This document shows positions 28,918-39,261 of a stretch of DNA of 64,000 bases, piece by piece (position 1 is the first letter of the stretch; each line of letters opens with the position of its first letter). Made by a program: the position numbers and the translations under genes. This stretch comes from Syntrophorhabdaceae bacterium. GTDB lineage: Bacteria; Desulfobacterota; Syntrophorhabdia; Syntrophorhabdales; Syntrophorhabdaceae. Under the pieces are notes generated by a model. It was given only the letters and a program-made list of their open reading frames with translations. It was not told the DNA's origin and ran no database searches. The stretch covers positions 5,184,001 to 5,248,000 of the forward strand of contig OY762209.1 of assembly GCA_963665295.1 (NCBI GenBank), written 5' to 3'.

Positions 28918-31458
28918 TTATTTGAGCGAGCACAGGTAGGAGTGGAGATTGACCTTCTTCTTATTTAATCCCAGCTTGATCCTGATGCTCTTCCTGTGGG
29001 TTTCGACGGTCCCTGTTCCGATATTGAGCATTTCGGCAATCTCTTTGTTCGACCTGCCTGCCCTGATCAGGACGGCAACCTGAAGTTCCGTGGGGGTGAG
29101 TTGAGAGTGTATTGCAGACATCCTCTGCAAAAAGGGGGAAATGATGTCATTCAGATGGGACCTCACAATGTTGATGTACGCCTTCTGGCCCTCGCTCGGG
29201 CGGGTGCTTTCCAGCTTGTCGAGATAAGGGAACACCAACTCTCTTACATTGGCGATAATGGTGTCTTCGAGGGTCTGTTTGTCCCTGTCCTTATGCTGAA
29301 GCAATACCTTGAGCGCAGTATATGCCTCTTCGAGGTTGATCGATTTACTCTCCAGGTCCTGTTCTCTCTTCTTAAGGATCCGAAGGGTGTGGGTCCGTTC
29401 GGTGATGTCCTCGAGGGTCTCGATGGCGCCGATAATGCTCCCCTTTAAATCCCTGATCTGCGCGGCGGTAGAATGGAGCCATTTTTCTTCTTTGCCCGGG
29501 ATCCGGATAAGATCGGTGGCCTCATAGGCGCCCCTGACAACGCTTGACCGAACGGGCTTGCCGGGCCACCCCCGGGACGAGATATCCTCCGCTTTATCAT
29601 CCACCACGAGGTCCGCCAGGCATGGTCTCTCCCCGCGGTAAAAGACTTTCGAGTGACCGTCGGTGCCGATCATTTCTTCGCCGCTGACGCCGGTCAGATC
29701 TTCCAGAGCTTTGTTCCAATACATAACCCTGTGATTCCCGTCAATGACTAACTTGGGGACGGGAGAACCGTTAATTATTGCCTTCAGAATCTCCTCCCTT
29801 TCCTCGAGTGCCTCGGTGGCTTTCTTCTCGGCAGTGATGTCATTGCCTATGCAGAGAATGTCCGTCACCCGGCCCTGCTTGTCAAATACCGGCCTGTTTG
29901 TCCATGCAATCCACACCCGTTCGCCGTCACGCCGCATGTTCTCGTTGATGTTGGTGGGATAATGGTTGGGGTTCCGTCCGATATCCGCAATGAGTCTTTT
30001 CAGGTCAAGTCCCGACGAATCCTGTGGGGGCACTATGGTCCCTATCACACTCTTCCCCAGTATCTCTTCTTCCGTGTACCCGAAGAAGCTCTGGGCAAAT
30101 TCGTTGAAAAAGGTGACGACTCCCGCGCTGTCCATTCTCAATATGATGCTGTTCGCGTATTCCACCAGTTCCCGATATTTCTCCCTGCTTTCCCGGAGGG
30201 CTTCTTCTGTCCGTTTGCGGTCGGCGATGTCCACCACGATTGCCCTGTACCCCACCACGGAGTTCTGCCGGACAATGGGGTTGGAGTGCACCTCTGCCGG
30301 GAACGTGCTGCCGTCTTTTCTTTCCACTGTATATTCACTGCCCGTGAGCCTTTCCCCACGGAACAGCTTTTCGATATTTCCCGCCAGCTTCGCGCGGTCC
30401 TCCCGTATCACCATCTGGAACACGTTCAGACCTCTTTCGAAGTCTTCTTTCGTATATCGGGAGACCAGAAAACCATTCCGGTTCAGAAATGTGACATTGC
30501 CTTTTTCATCCAACTCCAGGACTATTTGCGGCAATGAATCGGCAAGTTCCCTGTATCGCCTTTCCGCATCCTGCAGTACTTCTTCTGCCTGCTTACGGAT
30601 GGTCATGTCGCGAAAGTACCAGATCCTTCCGTAGTAGGTGCCGTCGGACCCGAACATGGGCGATGAGTATCGGTCAAAAGTCCTGCCATCCGTGAGGGCA
30701 ATCTCATCCCGGCTCGTCTCACTTCGATGGGCATACAGATGGCTTACCCTCCGGACAAAGGTCTCAGGATCTTTCACCTTGGCGCACACGGACTGTAGAA
30801 CAGGCGCGTCTACCTGCCCTTCGAGTATTTCGGGAGCTATGCCCCACATGTCTCTGAAGCGCTTGTTGAACAGGAGGATTCTGTCGCTCTCATCGACAAT
30901 CAGGATGCCGTCGATGGAAACCTCCTGCTGGACCGAAAGAAGCGCGTTTGTGAACTTCAGTTCCCCCTCCAGTCTCTTGCGCTCCGTTATGTCGTCGATG
31001 CTTGCGACAAAATGGTCTATATCTCCGTCATCGTTTCTGACAGGGGACGCCGAAACCTTCACGGGCAAGAAAGACCCATCCTTTCTGATGAAGCTTTTAT
31101 CGAAAATGCTGCTTTCCTTCTTCCCGTCAAGAACGCTACGGAGCATTTCAAAGTCCGTCCGCAATTCGTCTCCTGGGGTCAAGCCCTGCCACGTCATACT
31201 TCTCAGTTCATCACGGCTATACTGAAGCATGGAACAAAGCCTGTCATTCGCTTCCACCCAATGTCCCTCCGCGTCGACTATGGCAATCCCCATGTGGGGC
31301 AAACCGAAGTATTTGCGAAATCGACCTTCGTCGCCACACCTTGAGGCCGGGGCCATCTCGCCATGTTTCGCCTGTAGCGTTTCGAGTTCCCCTACTCGCA
31401 GACGTAACCTTGCCAACTCATCCAGGAGTTGTTCCTTTGTCCTGTCTTTACCACCCAT
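28918..31458 (-). CDS. Multi-PAS LuxR-type HTH transcriptional regulator
   Basis: About 5 PAS domains; C-terminal LTPTELQVA...GRSNKEIAEMLNI...TVETHRKSIRIKLGL. Confidence 0.9.
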   Translation of the reverse strand: MGGKDRTKEQLLDELARLRLRVGELETLQAKHGEMAPASRCGDEGRFRKYFGLPHMGIAIVDAEGHWVEANDRLCSMLQYSRDELRSMTWQGLTPGDELRTDFEMLRSVLDGKKESSIFDKSFIRKDGSFLPVKVSASPVRNDDGDIDHFVASIDDITERKRLEGELKFTNALLSVQQEVSIDGILIVDESDRILLFNKRFRDMWGIAPEILEGQVDAPVLQSVCAKVKDPETFVRRVSHLYAHRSETSRDEIALTDGRTFDRYSSPMFGSDGTYYGRIWYFRDMTIRKQAEEVLQDAERRYRELADSLPQIVLELDEKGNVTFLNRNGFLVSRYTKEDFERGLNVFQMVIREDRAKLAGNIEKLFRGERLTGSEYTVERKDGSTFPAEVHSNPIVRQNSVVGYRAIVVDIADRKRTEEALRESREKYRELVEYANSIILRMDSAGVVTFFNEFAQSFFGYTEEEILGKSVIGTIVPPQDSSGLDLKRLIADIGRNPNHYPTNINENMRRDGERVWIAWTNRPVFDKQGRVTDILCIGNDITAEKKATEALEEREEILKAIINGSPVPKLVIDGNHRVMYWNKALEDLTGVSGEEMIGTDGHSKVFYRGERPCLADLVVDDKAEDISSRGWPGKPVRSSVVRGAYEATDLIRIPGKEEKWLHSTAAQIRDLKGSIIGAIETLEDITERTHTLRILKKREQDLESKSINLEEAYTALKVLLQHKDRDKQTLEDTIIANVRELVFPYLDKLESTRPSEGQKAYINIVRSHLNDIISPFLQRMSAIHSQLTPTELQVAVLIRAGRSNKEIAEMLNIGTGTVETHRKSIRIKLGLNKKKVNLHSYLCSLK

Positions 31459-32210
31459 GCCTTCTCTGTCCTCCGGAGATTATGGATTGTCCTCAATTTG
31501 ATGCATAACAATGCGCGGGTCGCCACAAGAAAACAGTTCACGCACAGGGACGCCGCTTCGCGTCCGGTTTTCGATATTCCTGGACCCTTCGCCATCACGA
31601 AACCATTCGAGGCCCCGACGCGGTAAGACTAACCGGTTGACCGGACAAAACCGGCGTATTACCCGTGATTTGCTCCTGCAATAGGCGGCACAGGGAGAGG
31701 GCAGAAGACAGACTGAAAGGAAAAGCACTGCAATTGAAGATGATTTCCAGGATAACGCGCCATGAATTCCCATAACGGTGACTCCCTGCCCCCTAGATGC
31801 TCAGCAATAGAGAAATGATTGTGCCCCACGTTGCGTCCACCAACTATGCACAGAGTTGCGAGCGCCATACACCCTTTACCGTCATTATCGCACAATCAGC
31901 CTGTGAGTTTAAGAAAACTTTTCGCCCGGCCCGTGGGTCTTTGTGGTTTCAAGGGTGTATAACCCCAATAGACCGCGAACCTATTGCTCAAGGTCCTCCT
32001 GGAGAACTCTCCTCAAGGAAGGGTCTCGGGCCGGTCATTACCTTAAGCCATAGGAGTATCCACCGGGGCATGGAGTTGTTCAACCGGGCATTCCATGTCC
32101 GCTGCCGTCCGCGGTACCTGACACCTGAACCGGTAACTGGACAACCCGGGGGAGAGTGATTACATGTAAGGTATATTCTTTCTTTAAAGTCCGGTACAAG
32201 GAGGTCCAGA

Positions 32211-34277
32211 ATGAGCAGCGAACATACGAAGGGTAAGAAAGGTCCGGCCGGTGGTGAACTGCACCAGGCCGCGGGCGGAGAGCACCACGCCCTCACCACA
32301 AACCAGGGCGTCCCGATCTCCGACAATCAGAACTCCCTGAGGGCCAACCCGCGGGGCCCCACCCTGCTGGAAGATTTCATTCTTCGGGAAAAGATCATGC
32401 ATTTTGACCACGAGCGCATTCCTGAGCGCATCGTTCACGCGCGAGCCACGGGAGCACATGGGTTCTTCGAACTGACCGCCTCGTTGAAGCAGTATACCAC
32501 CGCCAAAGTGCTTACCGAGGTAGGTGAGAGGACACCCGTCTTTGCCCGTCTGTCGACTGTGGCGGGCGGGGCGGGTTCGGTGGATACGCCCCGTGATGTG
32601 CGCGGATTCGCCGTCAAGTTCTACACGCGGGAAGGCAACTGGGACCTGGTGGGCAACAATGTGCCCGTGTTCTTCATCCAGGATGCCATCAAGTTCCCCG
32701 ACCTCATCCACGCGGTAAAGATGGAGCCCGACCGGGGTTTCCCACAATCGGCGACAGCCCACGATACCTTCTGGGACTTCATTTCCCTCACGCCCGAATC
32801 CATGCACATGGTCATGTGGATCATGTCCGACCGCACCCTGCCCCGTTCCCTCAGAATGATGGAAGGCTTTGCCGTGCATAGTTTCCGGCTCATTAACGAT
32901 GAGGGCCTTTCAACATTCGTCAAGTTTCACTGGCGTCCCAAGCTCGGCCTCCAGTCCACCATCTGGGACGAAACCGTCAAGATCTGCGGCGCTGATCAGG
33001 ACTTCCACCGCCGGGATATGTTCGACGCTATCGCAGCGGGCAATTTCCCCGAGTGGGAATTGGGGGTACAGCTTTTCACCCAAGAGGAGGCCGACAAGTT
33101 CCCCTTCGACCATCTGGACGCGACCAAGCTGATCCCGGAGGAACTGGTGCCCCTAAAAATGATCGGCCGTATGGTGCTCGATCGCTGGCCGGACAACTTT
33201 TTTGCCGAGACCGAACAGGTGGCGTACTGTCCGGCCAATATCGTGCCGGGCATTGATTTCTCGAACGACCCCCTGTTGCAAGGCCGTCTGTTCTCCTATC
33301 CCGACACGCAACTCTCCCGCCTAGGATCGGCCAATTTCAACCAGATACCGATCAACGCGCCCAAGTGCCCCTTTTCCAACCAGCAACGGGACGGGCACAT
33401 GCAGATGGGTCAATCCACGGGTCGTGTTGCCTATGAGCCCAATTCCTTGTCCAAGAATTCGCCCAGGGAAACACCGGCAATGGGCTTTCGCAGCGCCGGG
33501 GTTGCCGAAACCGGTGAAAAGGGCCGTATCCGGGCCGAAAGTTTCGCGGACCACTACAGCCAGGCACGGCAGTTCTATCTCAGCCAGACTGCCTACGAAC
33601 AGGCCCACATTGCCTCAGCGTTGGTATTCGAGCTTTCCAAGGTCGAACACGTGCACATCCGCGAGGCAATGGTCGGCCACCTGAGGCATATCGACGAAGA
33701 CCTTGCCGACCGGGTCGGCCGGGGCCTCGGGCTCGAAAGGATGCCCGCCGCGCCTCAGCCCGCCGCGCCTGTGCAGGACCTCAAGCCTTCGCCCGCGTTA
33801 CAGATCATAGGCAAGATGAAGGACACCCTCGAGGGCCGCGCAATAGGCATCCTTGTCGCGGACGGTTCAGATGCCGCCGCCATCGGGCGGATCAGAAAAG
33901 CCGCCATCGATGCGGGGGCTACCGTTAAGATCGTGGCGCCTAAAGTAGGCGGGGTGAAACTCGCCGACGGCTCCGTGCCGGCGGTGGACGGACAACTGGC
34001 AGGGACGCCTTCCGTGCTCTTCGACGCCGTGGCCGTCATCCTCTCCGATGAAGGCGCGGTGGCGCTCTCCATGGAAAGCGCCGCCATCGATTTCGTGCGC
34101 GACGCTTTCGGTCATCTCAAGGCAATCGCCTGTGATAAGGGCGGCGGTGCGCTTTTGAAGATGGCGAACGTGGAACCGGACGCAGGTGTCGTGGATGCGG
34201 GCAGCAGTGAGGCTTTTATCACCACGGCCAAAACACGCCGGTGGGAGCGGGAAAAGTTTGTTCGAAGCCTGGCATAA
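32211..34277 (+). CDS. katE: Large-subunit catalase (HPII type)
   Basis: [24 protein letters not shown] (proximal Tyr) and C-terminal DJ-1/flavodoxin-like domain. Confidence 0.95.
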   Translation: MSSEHTKGKKGPAGGELHQAAGGEHHALTTNQGVPISDNQNSLRANPRGPTLLEDFILREKIMHFDHERIPERIVHARATGAHGFFELTASLKQYTTAKVLTEVGERTPVFARLSTVAGGAGSVDTPRDVRGFAVKFYTREGNWDLVGNNVPVFFIQDAIKFPDLIHAVKMEPDRGFPQSATAHDTFWDFISLTPESMHMVMWIMSDRTLPRSLRMMEGFAVHSFRLINDEGLSTFVKFHWRPKLGLQSTIWDETVKICGADQDFHRRDMFDAIAAGNFPEWELGVQLFTQEEADKFPFDHLDATKLIPEELVPLKMIGRMVLDRWPDNFFAETEQVAYCPANIVPGIDFSNDPLLQGRLFSYPDTQLSRLGSANFNQIPINAPKCPFSNQQRDGHMQMGQSTGRVAYEPNSLSKNSPRETPAMGFRSAGVAETGEKGRIRAESFADHYSQARQFYLSQTAYEQAHIASALVFELSKVEHVHIREAMVGHLRHIDEDLADRVGRGLGLERMPAAPQPAAPVQDLKPSPALQIIGKMKDTLEGRAIGILVADGSDAAAIGRIRKAAIDAGATVKIVAPKVGGVKLADGSVPAVDGQLAGTPSVLFDAVAVILSDEGAVALSMESAAIDFVRDAFGHLKAIACDKGGGALLKMANVEPDAGVVDAGSSEAFITTAKTRRWEREKFVRSLA

Positions 34278-34519
34278 CCTTCACGGAGTTTAAGGAAGAC
34301 CCCGGAGGGGGCGGTGAAATAGCGGCAGAGGAGGCTCGCGTACGGCAAAAGCGCAGGACTCGCATGAGCCTGCGCGTCCATTGTCGCGGCCCCTCGGCAT
34401 GTATCCATATTTCACCGCCCCCTCCTCACCCTGCCCGATTCGCGGGGGAACGCTTCTTTTCCTTGATTTTGAGGCAAACATATTGAAGAATTAGTGGAGG
34501 TTTCAGGAGAAGAAGGTAT

Positions 34520-35410
34520 ATGAGGATATCCTTAAGGGTCATAGTCCCGGTTGTTTTGATTTCGCTCGTTCTGTCCCTTTCGCCGGACATGCTCTATGGG
34601 CAGCGTTCACGCGGGTCCGGAGGAAGCCAACCCCTTCGCGGTGGCGGTGCGCAGTTCAGGGAAAAGTCATTGCCCCTGGAGTTTGACAACAGGCCTTTTA
34701 ACATTTCCACAGGGCAATTGCCCCGTTTTTATGCAGGCTATGAGCCCCAACTTCTCTACCGCATAATCGGCAACGAGGGGGCAGGCGCCTCTCCCCACAC
34801 CTATGCGATCCGGCTCAACCCCACGGATGTCCGTTATGACGCGGGTAAGGGTGCGCTTAAAGCCTACTGTGCCTTCTCCCCGGTGTGGTCCGGAGGAAAG
34901 ACGGATGGAGTGGGAAAGGCCCTCCCGGTCAAATACCTTCCAATCATGGACAACAGATATACGGCCACCGACGCTCACGGCGCAAAAATGGAGATTGAAG
35001 AGATAAGATTCAGGGAGTACGCGGTTGCCGTCGCGAACTTCCTCGCCTTTCCCACGGAAACCCCTCCGCCCGGAGAAGCGGCCCCTACCGCGGGAAAGAC
35101 GTCATCCGACGACGAGGCAGATCTCCTCAGGAATTCGCACCGTCAGGCAATAGCGGGTGAGATCCCCCTCGCGCCTTCCGAAGCGAAGGAGCGTGAAAAG
35201 CAGATTTCGGCGCTCCTCGTCTTCAGTCCGGTGGAGCCTTATGTCACGTCCGACACTGTGACGGAGAGGGTCGGGGCAGGAAAGGCCCGCGACTATGAAG
35301 CCCTGTATTTCTATCTCCACGGACGACTCGTGGAGTTGTGGTTTTATGAATTTGACACGGGCAAAGTCCTGGCGAAGATAAAGCCGAGAAAGGCCCTCCG
35401 CCTACCCTGA
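34520..35410 (+). CDS. Hypothetical exported protein
   Basis: 296-aa ORF with signal-peptide-like N-terminus and upstream SD. Confidence 0.65.
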   Translation: MRISLRVIVPVVLISLVLSLSPDMLYGQRSRGSGGSQPLRGGGAQFREKSLPLEFDNRPFNISTGQLPRFYAGYEPQLLYRIIGNEGAGASPHTYAIRLNPTDVRYDAGKGALKAYCAFSPVWSGGKTDGVGKALPVKYLPIMDNRYTATDAHGAKMEIEEIRFREYAVAVANFLAFPTETPPPGEAAPTAGKTSSDDEADLLRNSHRQAIAGEIPLAPSEAKEREKQISALLVFSPVEPYVTSDTVTERVGAGKARDYEALYFYLHGRLVELWFYEFDTGKVLAKIKPRKALRLP

Positions 35411-35629
35411 AGCCCCCGGACAGGGCGCAGCCTCGTCAAACAAGGACCTTCCGCTCCCTTATCTTCGCCCTATGGGGTATCGGGATATTTCCCTCCACGC
35501 ACAGGGTGTTTCACCCCGCTTCGAGGCCCATGACGGCAGTCCGCTTCAGAGCGTGACCGCCCCAGGGAGCCGACGGAACAGGTGATGGGTCGTTATTTTC
35601 CGGTAAAAGTTTGAAAGAGTGGCGCCGGT

Positions 35630-35658
35630 AAAAAAAGGGGGGACTTTCGCCCCCCCTT
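35630..35658 (-). terminator. Rho-independent terminator
   Basis: mRNA AAGGGGGGGC-GAAA-GUCCCCCCUU followed by a U-run. Confidence 0.8.
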
Positions 35659-35675
35659 CCTTTTGTGATACAGGG

Positions 35676-36182
35676 TTATTTCGCGGGCGCGGGGGCTGGT
35701 TTCGCCTCAGGTTTGGCTTCCGGTTTGGCTTCCGGTTTTGCCTCGGGCTTCGCTTCCGGCGCTGCTTCCTTCTTCTCTACCTTTTTCGGTTTCTTCGGGG
35801 CTTTTGCGATTTTCATGGCCGTCATCTTGCCGTCTTTGGTCTCGAACTTTACCGCGATCTTGTCGCCGGCCTTCAGACCTTCCAGCTTAAGACCCTTTGC
35901 AAACTTCGCGTCCGTTACGTCGAGAGTGACTTCGCCTTTCTTGTCCTTTATGGAAAGTGTCTTTCCTGCGGCGTCAACCTTGGTGACCACGCCGGCAAAT
36001 ACTCCTTTGTCTTTCGCTTTTGCAGGCTTCTCCGCTTTGGCAGGCTTTTCCACTTTTGCCGGTTTTTCGGGTGCCATGGCCGGTTTCTCGGGTGCGGCGG
36101 CCGGCTTTTCCTGGGCAAACACTGTGGATACGAAGGCTACGGCAATCAACAGGGCCAAGAAGATCATAAACGATTTTTTCAT
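35676..36182 (-). CDS. Exported OB-fold-like protein flanked by Lys/Pro/Ala/Glu-rich repeats
   Basis: Signal peptide MKKSFMIFLALLIAVAFVSTVFA; EKPA repeats; core GVVTKVD...TLSI...LKAGDKIAVKF; (PEAK)5 tail; SD AGGAGG. Confidence 0.8.
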   Translation of the reverse strand: MKKSFMIFLALLIAVAFVSTVFAQEKPAAAPEKPAMAPEKPAKVEKPAKAEKPAKAKDKGVFAGVVTKVDAAGKTLSIKDKKGEVTLDVTDAKFAKGLKLEGLKAGDKIAVKFETKDGKMTAMKIAKAPKKPKKVEKKEAAPEAKPEAKPEAKPEAKPEAKPAPAPAK

Positions 36183-36268
36183 GGGTGTACCTCCTAGGTT
36201 TTTATTGTACCGGTCGCGTTCATTCGTACTCCTGAGGCAGCCCGGTACCACTTCTGAGGTAGTGAAGT

Positions 36269-36284
36269 TGCATTTGCCGTGCCA
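36269..36284 (-). promoter_or_regulatory. sigma54 (-24/-12) promoter TGGCACG-GCAA-ATGCA
   Basis: GG and GC dinucleotides at canonical spacing, upstream of 35676-36182 and next to a sigma54 activator gene. Confidence 0.75.
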
Positions 36285-36371
36285 GAGTCCCTGTTGCAGG
36301 CAACTAATTGATATTATTTGTGTTATTGTTGGAGGATGATCCGAGCCATCGTCAATTCACGAATAATTCGC

Positions 36372-37763
36372 CTATTTCGTCGTTAAACCAAGAATTTCAT
36401 CCTTTTCTTTCATCTTCTTCACTTTAAACCAGAGCTTGTCGTAGGACATGTTCAGGTACTTCGCTGCGAGGGATATTTTCCCTTCCGCCTTTATTATCGC
36501 CTTCTTGATGAGATCCTTCTCAATCTCATCCAGGTTGATGCCTTCATCGGGAATATCGATCTTTTCGAGGCCGTTGCTGCTTTTCGCCTGCTTTACTTCC
36601 TTCGGCAGGTGGTCGAGGTCTATGCAGTCTTCCTCGCCCATAATGTAGGAACGCTCGATAACCGATTCAAGTTGCCTCACATTTCCAGGCCAGTCGTATC
36701 TCATGAGGGCCTGCAGCGCATCGTCGTCTATGCTCTTTTCCTTGCCGTTGGCCTCATTCAGCCTCTTGAGGAAATGCTCCACGAGCATGGGCACGTCCGT
36801 GACGCGCTCCCTGAGAGGCGGTACGGTAAAGGCGATCACGTTGAACCTGTAATAAAGATCCTCCCTGAAGTTGCCTTTCTTTATCTCTTCCTCAAGGTTC
36901 TTGTTGGTTGCGGCAATGATCCGCACGTCGAGTTTGATGGTTTCCTTTCCCCCCAGCCTCCGGACTTCCCGCTCCTGGATTGCCCGCAAGAGCTTGGCCT
37001 GAGTGCTCGCGCTCAAATCCCCGATCTCGTCGAGGAACAGGGAACTCCCGTTCGCTTGTTCAAAAAGCCCCACCGAGCGCGACGTAGCCCCGGTGAACGC
37101 GCCCTTTTCGTACCCGAAAAGCTCGCTCTCGAGCAGGGTCTCCGGTATGGCTGCGCAGTTGATCGCGAAAAAAGGCTTGTTCTTCCTGGGACTGTTGTAG
37201 TGGATACTCTTGGCGAAAAGCTCCTTCCCCGTGCCGCTTTCACCGTAGATAAGGACCGTGGAATTCGTAGGAGCGGCCTTCCGGACGATCCTGTACAGCT
37301 CCTCCATCTTCCCGTGGGCGCCCACGATGTTCTGGAGGTTGAAGCGGTCGTGAAGCTGGTCCTTCAACATAATATTGTCTTTCAGGAGCCGCACCTGGTT
37401 CATGGCATTCTGCACCACGAGGACAAGGTGATCCTTTTCAAAAGGCTTTTCGAGGTAATAAAAGGCCCCGAGCTTCGTCGCTTCGATGGCGGAAGGTATG
37501 GAGCCGAAGGCGGTAATGATGATTACATGGCTCAGCCTGTTCGAACCTTTGACCTCCTTCAGTATCTCCGTACCGTCCATGTCGGGCAGCCTCAAATCCG
37601 TGAGGATTACGTCAAAATTATTCGTCTTCAGGAGCCCTATCGCCTTTTTCCCGCAGTCCGCGTCCTCTACGTAGAACCCTTCCTTTGTGAGGATGGTCTT
37701 GATAATCTCCCTCTGGTACTGATCGTCCTCTACTATCAGGATAACGCCTTTTTCATGTTTCAT
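36372..37763 (-). CDS. sigma54-dependent response regulator (NtrC family)
   Basis: REC domain, [22 protein letters not shown] and Fis-type HTH. Confidence 0.95.
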   Translation of the reverse strand: MKHEKGVILIVEDDQYQREIIKTILTKEGFYVEDADCGKKAIGLLKTNNFDVILTDLRLPDMDGTEILKEVKGSNRLSHVIIITAFGSIPSAIEATKLGAFYYLEKPFEKDHLVLVVQNAMNQVRLLKDNIMLKDQLHDRFNLQNIVGAHGKMEELYRIVRKAAPTNSTVLIYGESGTGKELFAKSIHYNSPRKNKPFFAINCAAIPETLLESELFGYEKGAFTGATSRSVGLFEQANGSSLFLDEIGDLSASTQAKLLRAIQEREVRRLGGKETIKLDVRIIAATNKNLEEEIKKGNFREDLYYRFNVIAFTVPPLRERVTDVPMLVEHFLKRLNEANGKEKSIDDDALQALMRYDWPGNVRQLESVIERSYIMGEEDCIDLDHLPKEVKQAKSSNGLEKIDIPDEGINLDEIEKDLIKKAIIKAEGKISLAAKYLNMSYDKLWFKVKKMKEKDEILGLTTK

Positions 37764-39261
37764 AGCTTGGCACCGTAATCTTTATGGTTGTTCCTTTACC
37801 GAGTGTGCTGTCTATAGTGATCGTTCCGTTGTGGGCCTCCACGAAACGCTTCGTGATGGCAAGGCCGAGTCCTATGCCGAACTTCTTGGTTGAGTAATAA
37901 GGCTCGAATATTTTCCCCACCTCGTCTTCACCAATCCCTGCGCCGTTGTCCGTGACCGAGATAAAAGAGTTGCCTTCTTCTCCGTCGCATTCTATAACGA
38001 CCTGTCCTCCGCCATCCATGGCCTGCACGGAGTTGAGGATAAGATTGATGAGGCATATGCGCATGTATTCCCTGTCGCAAAGCATGGGTTTTTCCGTATC
38101 CCCGCACACGATCCTGATGTCCACTCCTTCCTTAACCTTATCCCTCACCAGGTAAACCGCCTCCTTGGCCAAGGCAACGGGCATTATCCATTCCTTGTTG
38201 AGGGTGATGGATTTGCCCAGGAAAAGAAAGTTGTGGATCAGTTCATTCACTTTGTAGACTTCCTTGGTCAGGTTATCGAGGAGCTTCACAAGGTCTTCCC
38301 TGTCCTCTCCTTTCCCTTCAATAACCCATTCCTTGATGTGGCCTATGGACAGGGTGAGGAAATTGAGGGGGTTTCTGATCTCATGGGCAATTCCGGACGA
38401 AAGCTGCCCGATGAGGGAAAGCTGTTCCGTCTTCTTCAGCTTCTCCTCAAGCTCCTTTCTCTCGCTCAGTTTATCCACCATCTCATTGTAGCTCTTTATG
38501 AGCACGCCGATTTCATCCTTGCGGTTCCTGTCGCGAATCTTTACCAGTTCGCCCTGGGCGATCCTCTTGCTGGCCTCTGCGATGCGCTTTATGGGTTCCG
38601 TATACTTTTCCGCGACGAGGAGGCTGAATATGATGCCGATACCGAAAGCGAAGAGGGTGCTCAGGATACGCTTGAGATGGTTCTTCCTCTGAAGCAGCTT
38701 GTAGTCGTCCATTATCATGTTGATATGGATATAGCCTATGTTCTGGCCCTTTATGGACACGGGCATGATTACGTTATAGAGCCTCTGGGTATCCTTGTTG
38801 CTCTCCTCGCCGAGACGGGCCGTGATGATAAGGTTCTTCCTTCTTCCCCTCTTTTCCGGGAGTTTCTGCTCCGTACCTATCTTCTTCGGGTCCGAACTGG
38901 CGATAACCTGGGACTTATCACTTACGATGGAAATTTCTTCGATACCCTTCTTGTTCAGCATATCCACATAGCTTTTGAGCCTCTGGTTGCCGTCGCCCCT
39001 GTAGGTAAGCTCTTCCACGCTGATCTGTATCGCCCTCGTGATGTCATCTATGTTGTCGCTTACCTTCTCCATGATCTGCCCTTCGGTGCGGGCGTAGATT
39101 ATGGTAAGGGAACTCACTGAAACGACGAGAAGGAAAAGGAGGATAAGAAGAAGCTGCGTCTTCAGAGAGAGGCTGCGGAATACGTTTTTTACCGCGCCAT
39201 GGGTCCTTGACAAGAAAGCGGATATATATCTCACGGAAGAGAAAATCTGGTTTTTACCCAT
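37753..39261 (-). CDS. HAMP sensor histidine kinase
   Basis: Two TM segments, HAMP, AHEIRNPL, NLILNSVQA, DNGAGI, GIGLGL. Confidence 0.93.
   Translation of the reverse strand: MGKNQIFSSVRYISAFLSRTHGAVKNVFRSLSLKTQLLLILLFLLVVSVSSLTIIYARTEGQIMEKVSDNIDDITRAIQISVEELTYRGDGNQRLKSYVDMLNKKGIEEISIVSDKSQVIASSDPKKIGTEQKLPEKRGRRKNLIITARLGEESNKDTQRLYNVIMPVSIKGQNIGYIHINMIMDDYKLLQRKNHLKRILSTLFAFGIGIIFSLLVAEKYTEPIKRIAEASKRIAQGELVKIRDRNRKDEIGVLIKSYNEMVDKLSERKELEEKLKKTEQLSLIGQLSSGIAHEIRNPLNFLTLSIGHIKEWVIEGKGEDREDLVKLLDNLTKEVYKVNELIHNFLFLGKSITLNKEWIMPVALAKEAVYLVRDKVKEGVDIRIVCGDTEKPMLCDREYMRICLINLILNSVQAMDGGGQVVIECDGEEGNSFISVTDNGAGIGEDEVGKIFEPYYSTKKFGIGLGLAITKRFVEAHNGTITIDSTLGKGTTIKITVPSYET

Noticed and set aside
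31460..32200. Short ORFs or a c-di-GMP riboswitch in the long intergenic region
   Set aside because: ORFs lack SD sequences and recognisable motifs; no GEMM-type two-stem consensus was found.
35665..36339. Plus-strand ORFs rich in GFASG/FRF repeats
   Set aside because: Antisense of the Lys/Pro/Ala-rich exported protein, which has the promoter, SD and terminator.
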